Of a DNA stretch of 64,000 nt, positions 18,034 through 27,153 are shown one piece after another. Origin of the DNA: Sumerlaeia bacterium (GTDB lineage Bacteria; Sumerlaeota; Sumerlaeia; SLMS01; JAHLLQ01); contig JAVJSW010000033.1 in NCBI GenBank assembly GCA_040219255.1, forward strand, positions 1-64,000, written 5' to 3'. Made by a program: the position numbers and the translations under genes. The notes under the pieces are model-generated. The model made no database searches. It saw only the letters and a program-made list of their open reading frames with translations, and was not told the origin of the DNA. Position 1 is the stretch's first letter, and each line of letters starts with the position of its first letter.

Positions 18034-18828
18034 TTATTCCGCCAACCCCACCGTCACATGCCCCGCCGGGCTGCGGCCCAGCCAAGTTTCCGCGCCGTAC
18101 ACCTCGCTCAGCAGCTCCTCGGTCAGAAGCTCGTCCGGCCGCCCCTGGGCCGCGACCCGCCCGCGCGACAGCACCGCCATTTCTCCGCAGAGCGACGCCA
18201 CCAGGTTCAAGTCGTGGCTGACCAGGACGCAGGTCTGGCCACAGTGTTGGCTGCGGCGCCCCACGATGCGGGCGATGCGTTGGATGTGAGCCAGGTCCAG
18301 GCTCGCCGTCGGTTCGTCCAGCAGCAGCACCGGCGTGGCCTGCGCCAGCGCCCGCGCGATCAGCACCAGTTGGCGCTCGCCCCCCGACAATCGCGACACC
18401 GGCCGATCCGCCAAGTGCGCCACGTCCGCTTCCTCCAGAGCCGCCAGCGCCATGTCGCGGTCCGTCGCCGACTCGCCCCCCATCCATCCCGTGCGGTGCG
18501 GCGCCCGGCCCATCATCACGATTTCCAGCACCGTAAAGGCAAAGGCGCTGTCTTCGCTCTGGGGCACCACGGCCACGCGGCGGGCGATGTCCCGGCGGGA
18601 AAGGGACGCCAGCGGCTCCTCGCGCAGGCGCACGCCGCCCGAGGTCGGCCGCAACCGCCCCGTCATCACCCCCAGCAGTGTGCTCTTGCCCGCGCCATTG
18701 GGCCCCACAATGCCAAAGAGGGAACCCTCGGGCACGGCAAGGTTCACCCCATCGAGAATAAACGGCCCCGCCGGGTCGTAGGTAAACGTCACATTGTCGA
18801 GGGTCAGGGCGGGGGCGGGCGGCGTCAT
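18034..18828 (-). CDS. Cobalamin/heme/siderophore ABC transporter ATP-binding protein (BtuD/FepC/HmuV-like)
   Basis: GPNGAGKST, VAVVPQ, LSGGERQ, LLLDEPTASLD, VSHDLNL, LLSEVYG. Confidence 0.9.
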   Translation of the reverse strand: MTPPAPALTLDNVTFTYDPAGPFILDGVNLAVPEGSLFGIVGPNGAGKSTLLGVMTGRLRPTSGGVRLREEPLASLSRRDIARRVAVVPQSEDSAFAFTVLEIVMMGRAPHRTGWMGGESATDRDMALAALEEADVAHLADRPVSRLSGGERQLVLIARALAQATPVLLLDEPTASLDLAHIQRIARIVGRRSQHCGQTCVLVSHDLNLVASLCGEMAVLSRGRVAAQGRPDELLTEELLSEVYGAETWLGRSPAGHVTVGLAE

Positions 18829-18990
18829 GGCAGGCGCATCGTGCGGCGCGGACTCGCCGCCGCGCAAGCGGCCAATGCGCCGCCACTGCACGACCGGCCA
18901 TCTTTGCGCTCGCCCGCCTGGGGCACGATCGGTCACTCTCAACGCCAAACCCATCGCAATCCCGCACCCAAAGGACCCCCGACCGCCGCC

Positions 18991-21816
18991 ATGTCCACGC
19001 CCCGCCGCCTGCCCCTGATCGTCCTCTGCCTCGCCCTCGCCGCCGTGGCGGGGGTTGGAGGGTGGGTGGTTTTCCAAAGCCTGACCACCCGCTCCCAGAC
19101 CCCGCCCGCCGCGAAGCCGGAGGTTTCGACAGCCCAAAGCGTTGCACTTGATCGCGGGGCGGCGGGGGAGGCTGGGGAGATGGAGGCGGAGAGCGCCACC
19201 ACGCCCGCTACCCCAGTGCAGGACAAGCCCCGGCTTGGTACCCTGCAAGAGATCATCGACCGCAACGGCGTGACGACCTCGACGTTGCCACTTCATTTTT
19301 TCGAGCAGATTTATCGCCTGAGGCGTCGTACGGTGAACGCCATCTGCCCGGAATTCCGCGTTTCCGGGCGCGTTACCGTACAAGGGACAGGAGAGCCCGT
19401 GCCCGGCGCTCGGGTGACCTGGTTTCCCTCCGGATATGGCCGCTTTGAGGGAGCCGTCTCCACCGTGACGGCAGAGGACGGAACGTACGAATGGCTGCTG
19501 GACGGCGCGGAGACGCATCTCGAGCGTACGGAGCTTTCCGTCTTCCCGCCACCCGGCTACTTCATCCCGGGAATGCACGCGCGGCTGAGCCGAAAGATCG
19601 ACATGGCGGATTGCGAGGGAACGGCCGACTTCGAACTCGCCCGAGGCAGCGGCGTGCGAGGCCGAGTCCTGGAGCCGGATGGGGTGACTGCGGCTCTGGA
19701 TGCGGAGGTCCAAATCCGCTATCCGGGGGATGTGATGGAACGCTATGAGAGCGGCCGGACCGACGCCGAAGGCCGTTTCCAGTTTGGCTTACCGGCGGAC
19801 GTTCCCGCTTACGTCAGCATTAAGCACGCGCTGGGGCATGAATCGCGCAAAATAAAGTCCCCGGCGCTGGACCAAGTTCCCGAGGAAGAGACTTTCATTC
19901 TCACTTCCGAGGCCGCCATCCGGGGGCGTGTCCTTGGGCTGGAGGGTCAGCCCGCGGCCAAGGTTTTTCTTCAGGCTCACAAGTTGACGGCAAGTGCGAG
20001 TGGAGCCGGACTTCGATACGTGGCCAGCGGGCGAAGCGATGAAGAAGGGGTCTTCTTTATCGAAGACTTGCCCGCGGAAACGCCTCTCGAAGTGCGCATC
20101 GCGTTCGCTTCTGTCCCGGAAGGATTGGGGAACGCGGCGGCTCCCGAACCGCTTTCTCTGATTTTGGAACCGGGTGAAGTACGCGAAGGACTTGTGATCC
20201 AAATGGTTGACGGCGACATCGCCACCGGCCGGGTCTTCGATGAAGAGAGCGGCGAGCCGATTGAAGGGGCCTCGGTCAATCTGAACATCAACAAATGGCC
20301 AGGCACCAACCGCGAGGTGAAGTCAGGTCCTGATGGGCGCTTTACGATCGGAAACCTGCCGGTAGGGCATACATACAAGGTCTCCGCCGGGCTCCAGGGC
20401 TACGACTCCACGCGTTATCTTTTCGATTGGTCCCCGCTCGCCGGGGAACTCGAACTGCCAATGCGGCGGGTCTTGTCGAAGGGGGTCCGCTTCCGCGTGG
20501 TCGATGAGCAGGGCGAGCCGGTCAAATACTTCTCGATGGGTTTTGGTGAGGACTTCGGCACTCAGGATCAAGGCAACGGCCGCAACATCGGCTTCTTCAC
20601 TTGGGAACCAAAGAATGAAGCGGAAAGCAAAGAGCCCCGAACGATCTCGGTGCGGGCCCTGAACCCAGACGGCACACCGGCCGGGCTCTATGGCTCGACG
20701 GAGGTGTTCTTCGACGACGTAAACGACAGCCCTTTCACCGTGGACACAACCGTGGTGGTCGAGCCGCGGGATCTGGGCACCGGGCGGATCCAGGGGCAAG
20801 TGCGCTTGCGGAAGAACTGGCGCGATCAAGATCTGGAACCGCTCGCCGGGGCCGAAGTGTTCTTCGTCCGCGGCCCCAATTCGGAGATTACGGGCAAACC
20901 CACGCCGCCACCGCTCTTCAATCCGCCCGCCGTGAAGGTCAAGAAAGACGAAACGGCCGAGGCGTCTCTCATCGTGCGCGAGCGGGTTTCCCTCTCGGGC
21001 CAGATCATCGGCGAGGACGGACGACCCGTGGCCAATGCCGGGGTCCTGGCCTGGTCGGACCTCGGCTCCAACATTCCGTCCTACGACCCGCCCACGGCCC
21101 GCACCACAACGGACGGCGAGGGCCGCTATCGATTCGATAATCTGCCGCCGCAGAACGGCTACTTGCAGGTCGATGCCCCTGGATTTGGGGACCAGCGCTT
21201 TGAATACAAGACCCGCGACGACAAACCGAACGTTCTCGACATCGACCTCTCGGGCCGGCGCCGGTTCGCGGGCCAATTGAGATTTACCGGCGACGCGGAT
21301 CTTCTGGCGCGCCGCATCCACTTCGAGCGGCCCGACTGGCGCGAGAGGAACTACGATCAGAAAACACCCGTTGGGGTGGACGGTACCTTTGAGGTGGCGT
21401 TGACGCCCGGGACATACCGGCTACATCTCCAGGGCAACAATGGCATCAAGGTCTTCACCGGCAAGATGCTCGAAATCGGTCCCGAGACCCCCGAACCGTT
21501 GGTCATCGAATGCCCGCTCTACCGGGCCACCGTCATCGGCCTGCCCCGCGCCGACGGTCAGATTCCCAGCGGGACACTGGAGTTCCAGATGGAGGGTGCC
21601 GGGCGGGAGTGGGAGGACGGGTACTGGACCCGAGGCTTGCAGGGCGAACGCCTCGCGACCCTCGACGCCCTGCCCGCCGGCCGGGTGCGGTTGCGCCAGA
21701 GCGTTTACGAAGACGGGGAGCGACAAGGCGACATCACCTCCGGCTGGCAAACCGTCGGCCCCGGCGAAGAAAACACCTTCGTCCTCGACTTCGGCCAACC
21801 CCCTGCTAAGGACTGA
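18991..21816 (+). CDS. Membrane-anchored protein with repeated carboxypeptidase-regulatory-like (beta-sandwich) domains, paralogue 1
   Basis: N-terminal TM and repeated GRV...G.PV.GA.V...TD.EG.F/Y units. Confidence 0.8.
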   Translation: MSTPRRLPLIVLCLALAAVAGVGGWVVFQSLTTRSQTPPAAKPEVSTAQSVALDRGAAGEAGEMEAESATTPATPVQDKPRLGTLQEIIDRNGVTTSTLPLHFFEQIYRLRRRTVNAICPEFRVSGRVTVQGTGEPVPGARVTWFPSGYGRFEGAVSTVTAEDGTYEWLLDGAETHLERTELSVFPPPGYFIPGMHARLSRKIDMADCEGTADFELARGSGVRGRVLEPDGVTAALDAEVQIRYPGDVMERYESGRTDAEGRFQFGLPADVPAYVSIKHALGHESRKIKSPALDQVPEEETFILTSEAAIRGRVLGLEGQPAAKVFLQAHKLTASASGAGLRYVASGRSDEEGVFFIEDLPAETPLEVRIAFASVPEGLGNAAAPEPLSLILEPGEVREGLVIQMVDGDIATGRVFDEESGEPIEGASVNLNINKWPGTNREVKSGPDGRFTIGNLPVGHTYKVSAGLQGYDSTRYLFDWSPLAGELELPMRRVLSKGVRFRVVDEQGEPVKYFSMGFGEDFGTQDQGNGRNIGFFTWEPKNEAESKEPRTISVRALNPDGTPAGLYGSTEVFFDDVNDSPFTVDTTVVVEPRDLGTGRIQGQVRLRKNWRDQDLEPLAGAEVFFVRGPNSEITGKPTPPPLFNPPAVKVKKDETAEASLIVRERVSLSGQIIGEDGRPVANAGVLAWSDLGSNIPSYDPPTARTTTDGEGRYRFDNLPPQNGYLQVDAPGFGDQRFEYKTRDDKPNVLDIDLSGRRRFAGQLRFTGDADLLARRIHFERPDWRERNYDQKTPVGVDGTFEVALTPGTYRLHLQGNNGIKVFTGKMLEIGPETPEPLVIECPLYRATVIGLPRADGQIPSGTLEFQMEGAGREWEDGYWTRGLQGERLATLDALPAGRVRLRQSVYEDGERQGDITSGWQTVGPGEENTFVLDFGQPPAKD

Positions 21817-21819
21817 GCC

Positions 21820-24780
21820 ATGACATCACGCCGTTTCATTGCCGTGGGGGGAGGGATAGTGCTCCTGCTCGCTTTTGGTTTCCTGGGGTGGCGCGTTTCT
21901 GCTCCGCAGCCCAGCCCCCTCGCAGAAGAGCCCGCCTCCTCGGTACCGGTCCAGCTAAGCCCTGTCCAGACTGGCCTCGCAGAAGCCTCTCCGCGCGGCG
22001 CGACCGCCAACTTGGCAGAGGGTTCCGACTCGCACGCCACCACTCCCGCCACCCAAACCCCCATCCCCAGCTTCGGCAGCCTGCGCGACCGGGCGGATCG
22101 GTTGGGGGTGGGGCCGTTCACGGGGCCGTGGTGGATGGAGGGGGAGCTGAAGCGGGCCATGCGGGATTTCCGGGGGCTGGACTGCGAGGCCATGACGATC
22201 ACCGGGCGCGTGGTGCTTCAGGGGTCGGGCGAGGGCGTGGCGGACGTGAAGGTGTCTCTGAGCCGGTACAGCCAGGCCCTGGACTTTGACGATCCAGCCA
22301 AGACCGCGATCACCGACGAGAACGGCCTGTTCGTCAAGGTCTTGGAGGGTATTCCCAAGGACTTCACGAGCATTTCCTACCAGATCCAGCCGCCCGCCGG
22401 TTACCTGCGTCCGAGTGTGCAATTTCGCACTCCAGGCAGGAATCCGTACAGCGTAAGCGTCGCCGATTGCGCGGGGGAGGTGACGATCGAGCTGTTGCCA
22501 ACGGCGATTCTTCGGGGGCGAGTCCTCGAACCCGACGGCGTGACGCCTGCCGTGGGAGCGAATCTTGAGATCTTCACATCCCAGAACAACCACCGTTACC
22601 TTTTCTATGGGAACCAGATCACGTCGGATGCGGCGGGGCGGTTTGAGATTTCCTCGCCGCCCCACGACATCGTGCGGCTCAGCACGTCGCACGAGCTTGG
22701 CCATGCGTCCGCTTCGGTGACTGCTCCGGGCATCGGTGAACGTTCCGCCGAGGTGGAGATCGTCCTCGTTGCGGAGGCGGCCGTCCGGGGCCGGGTCATG
22801 ACGCCGGACGGAGCGCCGATGGAGGGCGTTCGTCTCTACTCCAGTGCGCGCGTCCCCACGGTCAGTGGCTACACGACTTCCAGCGAGGGCTCGGAGACAT
22901 CGGATGAGAACGGCGAGTTCTTCCTGGAGGACCTTCCCGCCGGCCGGCTGATCGAAATCGGGGTTCGGCAATCCGATTTGCGAGGCACTGCCTCGTTGAC
23001 GGCGCTCGCGCCGCCGGAGCCGATTCAACTGACCCTGGAACCCAGAGAAGTGCGCGAGGGCATTGAGCTCCGTTTCCAGGAGGGGGACATCATCCGGGGG
23101 GTTGTGCTGGATGCCTTGACCGACGAGCCGCTCGCGGGGGCCTATGTGACCATTGGGCCATCCACGACGAGCACCGACACCGAAGGCCAGTTCGAAGTGG
23201 GCGGGCTGACGCCTGGACAGACGTGGGAGGCGTTTGTTCGCACGGACGGCTATGAAAGTTTGAGGCAGGAAAACATCACCTTCCTGGGCGGCCCGGTGAC
23301 ACTTCGCATGGAACCGCGCCGGGAGTTTCATCTGACGGTGGTGGACAGCGAGGGGCGCGCTATCGAGCGCTTTTTCTGCAAGCGCGCCGACACCCGGTGG
23401 TCTGGCGCCTTTGTTCAGTCAGAGGGCCCTTATCCCATCCCTTTGAGCCCGGCCTTAACAGCGCTGACCGTTTCCGTACAGAAGGTGAATGATCAGAACG
23501 TCCCCATCGGTCCGCTGGTGAAGAAAACCTTCGACCTGACCGCCATGCCCGAATGGCGCGGCGAAATCGTGATCGATGATTCGCAGCCCCTGCAAATGGG
23601 CCGCATCCAAGGCCATGTTATTGCGAATGAAGCGATATGGCCCACCGACGCCGTGGGAGTGGTGGGGGCCGAGGTGTTCTTCATCGCGGATAGTTCGAAG
23701 TTTCTCGAACCTCAGACGCGCGACCCCGGCTTCAACCCGCCGCCCGCCATCACGGGGCCGGAGGGCGAGTACGCCTTTGAGGACGTGCCGGTGGGGACGC
23801 ATTACCTGATGGCGAGAAAGGACGGACGCGAGACGCTCAGCTACCTTGCGGTGGTCGTCGCTGAAGGCGAAACGGCGACACCCCAATGGCTGATCCTGGG
23901 GGAAGCGGCGGTTCTCTTTGGGCAAGTGATTCTGCCCGGTGGATCGCCCCTCGCGGACTCGCACCTCTCGCTTTGGTTGAGCTACGGCGGAAGCTATTCG
24001 CCCCGTCCGCCCAACAGAACCACCCGAACCGACGCCCAAGGGCGCTTCCGATTCGACAACCTCGCGGCGCCCAGCCACGGTCGCCTCGAAATCATCGACG
24101 ACCGCATTCCCAACAACCAAGTCCGATTTTCGTTGGAGCTCGGCGAGGAGAAGGAATTGGATCTGGATTTCTCGGGCGGGGTCACGGTTTCTGGACGGGT
24201 TCAGTTCACCGGCGACAGCGACTATCGGCCTCGGAACTTTTCCTTCGATAGCCAGGATTCGAAGACCGATTCCCGGAAGGTGGACCTCAAGCGCGACGGC
24301 TCCTTCAAGACCGAGTTGCGGCCCGGGACCTACGATGTGCACTTTCGCGATGAAGCGTTTGGGCAATCGCATTCCGTCCACACGTTTCAGATTCGGGATG
24401 GTGAACCACAGACGGAACTCAACTTGGAGGTTGGTTACTTCGATGCGATTGCGCTGCTACTGCCGCCTCCGGGTGGCGAGACTCCCGGAGGCACAACCCA
24501 GTTCCAGTTCTTGGACCAAGGTACTTGGTACTGCCAGCGCAAAGTCTGCGATTTCGCTCCGGGAAGCACCGTCATGGCGTTTCCAGGGCAAGTTTCAGGC
24601 GTGGTGATGAGGATTCGCCATCCGACCGATCCCGATAGGAGCGGGAGGGCCTATCTCGCCAGCGAATGGCTGGACGTCGGTCCGGACCGGGAGAATGCGT
24701 TGATCCTGGATTTTGGCTCCGAGCCAGTCACTCACCAAGACTTGGAGGAGTCTCTGAGTCAGCGCCGCGCCGCCCAATAA
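21820..24780 (+). CDS. Membrane-anchored protein with repeated carboxypeptidase-regulatory-like domains, paralogue 2
   Basis: Same architecture as the upstream gene, with shared blocks (ADCxG, RGRVLEPDGVT, EAAxRGRV, EDLPA, GAEVFF, FNPP, FTGD, ENxxxLDFG). Confidence 0.8.
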   Translation: MTSRRFIAVGGGIVLLLAFGFLGWRVSAPQPSPLAEEPASSVPVQLSPVQTGLAEASPRGATANLAEGSDSHATTPATQTPIPSFGSLRDRADRLGVGPFTGPWWMEGELKRAMRDFRGLDCEAMTITGRVVLQGSGEGVADVKVSLSRYSQALDFDDPAKTAITDENGLFVKVLEGIPKDFTSISYQIQPPAGYLRPSVQFRTPGRNPYSVSVADCAGEVTIELLPTAILRGRVLEPDGVTPAVGANLEIFTSQNNHRYLFYGNQITSDAAGRFEISSPPHDIVRLSTSHELGHASASVTAPGIGERSAEVEIVLVAEAAVRGRVMTPDGAPMEGVRLYSSARVPTVSGYTTSSEGSETSDENGEFFLEDLPAGRLIEIGVRQSDLRGTASLTALAPPEPIQLTLEPREVREGIELRFQEGDIIRGVVLDALTDEPLAGAYVTIGPSTTSTDTEGQFEVGGLTPGQTWEAFVRTDGYESLRQENITFLGGPVTLRMEPRREFHLTVVDSEGRAIERFFCKRADTRWSGAFVQSEGPYPIPLSPALTALTVSVQKVNDQNVPIGPLVKKTFDLTAMPEWRGEIVIDDSQPLQMGRIQGHVIANEAIWPTDAVGVVGAEVFFIADSSKFLEPQTRDPGFNPPPAITGPEGEYAFEDVPVGTHYLMARKDGRETLSYLAVVVAEGETATPQWLILGEAAVLFGQVILPGGSPLADSHLSLWLSYGGSYSPRPPNRTTRTDAQGRFRFDNLAAPSHGRLEIIDDRIPNNQVRFSLELGEEKELDLDFSGGVTVSGRVQFTGDSDYRPRNFSFDSQDSKTDSRKVDLKRDGSFKTELRPGTYDVHFRDEAFGQSHSVHTFQIRDGEPQTELNLEVGYFDAIALLLPPPGGETPGGTTQFQFLDQGTWYCQRKVCDFAPGSTVMAFPGQVSGVVMRIRHPTDPDRSGRAYLASEWLDVGPDRENALILDFGSEPVTHQDLEESLSQRRAAQ

Positions 24781-25642
24781 CCCCCCGCAACGCCTCCGCG
24801 TCCCGCGCCAGGTAGGGGCCGGGGATGAGCACGCGGCGGTCGGTGAGGAGTTCGAGGCGGCTGTCCCGCACGGCGGGGAGCATGGGGAGGCGGCTCCAGG
24901 CGCGGCGGAGTTCCTGGCGCGTCTCCGTCGTGTCGGCGTCGGCGATTTCGACGATGATGCCGGGACGCAGGCCGATCAGGCCTTCGCGCGAATAGGTGGG
25001 CCAGAGGCCGTCGTCCGGGCCGGCGGCGTTGGTTCCGCCGGCGGCCTCGATCAGTTCGGCGATGTAGGTGCCCGATCCGGCGGCGTAGAGGTTGCGTAGG
25101 CTGCCCCGGTCGCGGCCGACGACAAAGAGCACGCGGGGGCGTTCTTCGCCGGGGGCGTTGGCCGCGGCCATTTCGGCGAGGGCGGCGCGGTCGGCTTCCA
25201 CCAGGGCGCGGGCCTGAACTTCGCGGCCGAGGGCGTCGCCAAGGGCCTGGATCGTCGCGTGGATTTCCGCGATGGTGTCGCAGCTTTCCAGCACCACGAC
25301 CTGGGTGCCGGAGCGCCGTTGGAAGAACTCGATGACTTTGTGATTCGTCGGCGTGGCGACGACGGCGCTGGGCCGGGCGGCGAGCATCGCTTCCAGATTG
25401 GGCTCGAAGAGGTTGCCGTACTTCGGCTTGTTCTGGGCTTCGGGGGGGAACTGGCAGTACTCGGAAACGCCGATGACTTGATCGCCAAGTCCCAGGGCGT
25501 AAAGCATCTGGGTGCCATTCGGGGCACAGGAGATGATGCGCAGCGTTTCGGTCGTCGCAGCCCGAGCGACAGTGGCGAGGCTGAGCCAGAGCACGGCTGC
25601 GACGGCGCTCCAGAAAATCCGGGATGCTTCGCGTTTACGCAT
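24728..25642 (-). CDS. BtuF-like helical-backbone periplasmic binding protein (cobalamin/iron)
   Basis: RIISCAPNGTQMLYALGLGDQVIGVSEYCQFP, PNLEAMLAARP, YIAELIEAAGGTNA, PAVRDSR...PGP. The 3' end overlaps the convergent gene by 53 bp. Confidence 0.85.
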   Translation of the reverse strand: MRKREASRIFWSAVAAVLWLSLATVARAATTETLRIISCAPNGTQMLYALGLGDQVIGVSEYCQFPPEAQNKPKYGNLFEPNLEAMLAARPSAVVATPTNHKVIEFFQRRSGTQVVVLESCDTIAEIHATIQALGDALGREVQARALVEADRAALAEMAAANAPGEERPRVLFVVGRDRGSLRNLYAAGSGTYIAELIEAAGGTNAAGPDDGLWPTYSREGLIGLRPGIIVEIADADTTETRQELRRAWSRLPMLPAVRDSRLELLTDRRVLIPGPYLARDAEALRGVIGRRGADSETPPSLGE

Positions 25643-25659
25643 CGTTCGTCCTTTTCGGG

Positions 25660-27000
25660 TTACGTCACCGGCGGGTGTACCATCGAACCGGCATAGCGGG
25701 GATTTGCGATGGCGGTGTCGAGCAGCAAGCCAAGAAGGGCCTGGCTCTCGAAAAATCGCGTGAAGGTCGAGTGATGGACGAAGTACTGTTCGACGTTGCG
25801 CACGGCTTCGCGGACGCATTCTTCGTCGGGGGCGTCGAGGCCCTTGTTGATCGCGTGGGCCACCAGGTACCACCGCACCAGCGCGAAATGCAGCAGCATG
25901 AACCGATGCGCCGCCCAGACGCTTTCGCTCAGCAGCAGGTCCTTACGGAACAGCACGTGGCGGAAGTACCGCGTCAGGAGCCGGTCGGCGTAGGTTCCGG
26001 GCGAGAGGTCGAGATGCACGCGGCGGAAGTCCCCGTAGCCGAAGCGGCCCTCGAGCGGTTGCAGCTTGATCTTACCGAAGCGCGAGGCGTGGGCGGCGTA
26101 GCGCGTCAGGATGTACCAGAGAGCGCGGGCGCGGCTGGCATCGCGGCCCAGAGCCTGGCGGAACGTCGTCATCAGGCCGAGGAACGCGCGATGGAGCGAC
26201 GGCGCGCTGCGCGCCCGGGCGCCAAGGGCGAAGCACTTCTCCCAACCGCTCGCGCCATAGCGTGCCACCAGAGCCTCGGCCAGCGCCTCGTCCGTGGCGC
26301 GGCGGGCGGCGTCGCGCTCGCCGATGTTCAGGGACGCCCCGGCGCGTTCGTCGCGGGCCGCTTCGAAGGCCCGCACCACGATGTCGAGGAAGGCCGACTG
26401 GGCCAGCAGGCGCTCGGTCAGGGGGCGTTCGGCCACGGCCATGATGGCGTCCAGGGCGTCCTCGATCGCCGCGTAGGCGGCGAAGTCGATCGGCAACGGC
26501 CGCGTCAGGCGCGGGCGATCCATATCGCTGCGAACGTGGACACTGTCGCGGTAGTTGGCGGCCAGCTCGGCGCGGCGGTCGGCGCTGGCCACGGGGCGGC
26601 CTTCGTCCTGCAGGACCGCGGTACAGGCGAAACTGAGACCGACGTACACGCCGCTGGGGGTTTCGGAGTAGCGGAAGGGAAAGTCCAGGCAGTTCTGCGG
26701 TTTGGCCTCGGGCCCGTGCTTCGAGTGCAGCGCGCAAAGGCGGTCCTTGGTCAGGAAAACGCACTCGCATCCCTTGCGGCGGATCACCGTCTGGCCGGGG
26801 GTAAAGGGGCTGTCGGCAAAGGCCGGGCCCGGCGGGGCGTCTTCGGGCAGTGCGGCTTGCAGGTCAAAGGCCCGCAGGCGCTCGACGCTCGCGCCGTCCA
26901 CGGGAACTTCCCAGAAATCCGTGCAGCCGCGGCCGCAGCGGACGCAGTCGTAGCGGAGGTTGGCTGGCAGATGAAAGTCCTGTGGCAAATCCCGATTCAT
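25660..27000 (-). CDS. YkgJ family cysteine-cluster / FliB-like (putative Fe-S, lysine methylase-like) protein
   Basis: YDCVRCGRGC, CVFL...CALH...KPQNCLDFP, LSFAC, and a long FliB-like helical C-terminus. Confidence 0.7.
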   Translation of the reverse strand: MNRDLPQDFHLPANLRYDCVRCGRGCTDFWEVPVDGASVERLRAFDLQAALPEDAPPGPAFADSPFTPGQTVIRRKGCECVFLTKDRLCALHSKHGPEAKPQNCLDFPFRYSETPSGVYVGLSFACTAVLQDEGRPVASADRRAELAANYRDSVHVRSDMDRPRLTRPLPIDFAAYAAIEDALDAIMAVAERPLTERLLAQSAFLDIVVRAFEAARDERAGASLNIGERDAARRATDEALAEALVARYGASGWEKCFALGARARSAPSLHRAFLGLMTTFRQALGRDASRARALWYILTRYAAHASRFGKIKLQPLEGRFGYGDFRRVHLDLSPGTYADRLLTRYFRHVLFRKDLLLSESVWAAHRFMLLHFALVRWYLVAHAINKGLDAPDEECVREAVRNVEQYFVHHSTFTRFFESQALLGLLLDTAIANPRYAGSMVHPPVT

Positions 27001-27066
27001 GACGCGGCGTCCTCCCCGCAGGGAAGTGAAGGGCGCGGGGCGCGGGCCGTCAACCGGTCAGGAAGA

Positions 27067-27150
27067 GCCGCAGATGAATCGGATGAACAAGATATCGGGG
27101 CAGCGCGGCTGTCGCGGGACAAAATCCTATTTATCCCATTCATCTGCGGC
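27067..27150. repeat. Long imperfect palindromic element (27-bp arms) just after the mreB stop
   Basis: GCCGCAGATGAATCGGATGAACAAGAT ... ATCCTATTTATCCCATTCATCTGCGGC; 23 of 27 positions complementary. Confidence 0.7.
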
Positions 27151-27153
27151 CAA

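Noticed and set aside
17953-18990. Long N-terminal extensions given by the ORF track (17953, 19713, 430, 3615, 32325, 37452 starts)
   Set aside because: They overlap real genes or promoters. Downstream starts give proper SD sequences, signal peptides or family N-termini.
25642-25700. Cobalamin riboswitch upstream of the btuF-like gene
   Set aside because: Only 17 bp separate it from the upstream gene, and I saw no B12-box there or upstream of the ATPase.
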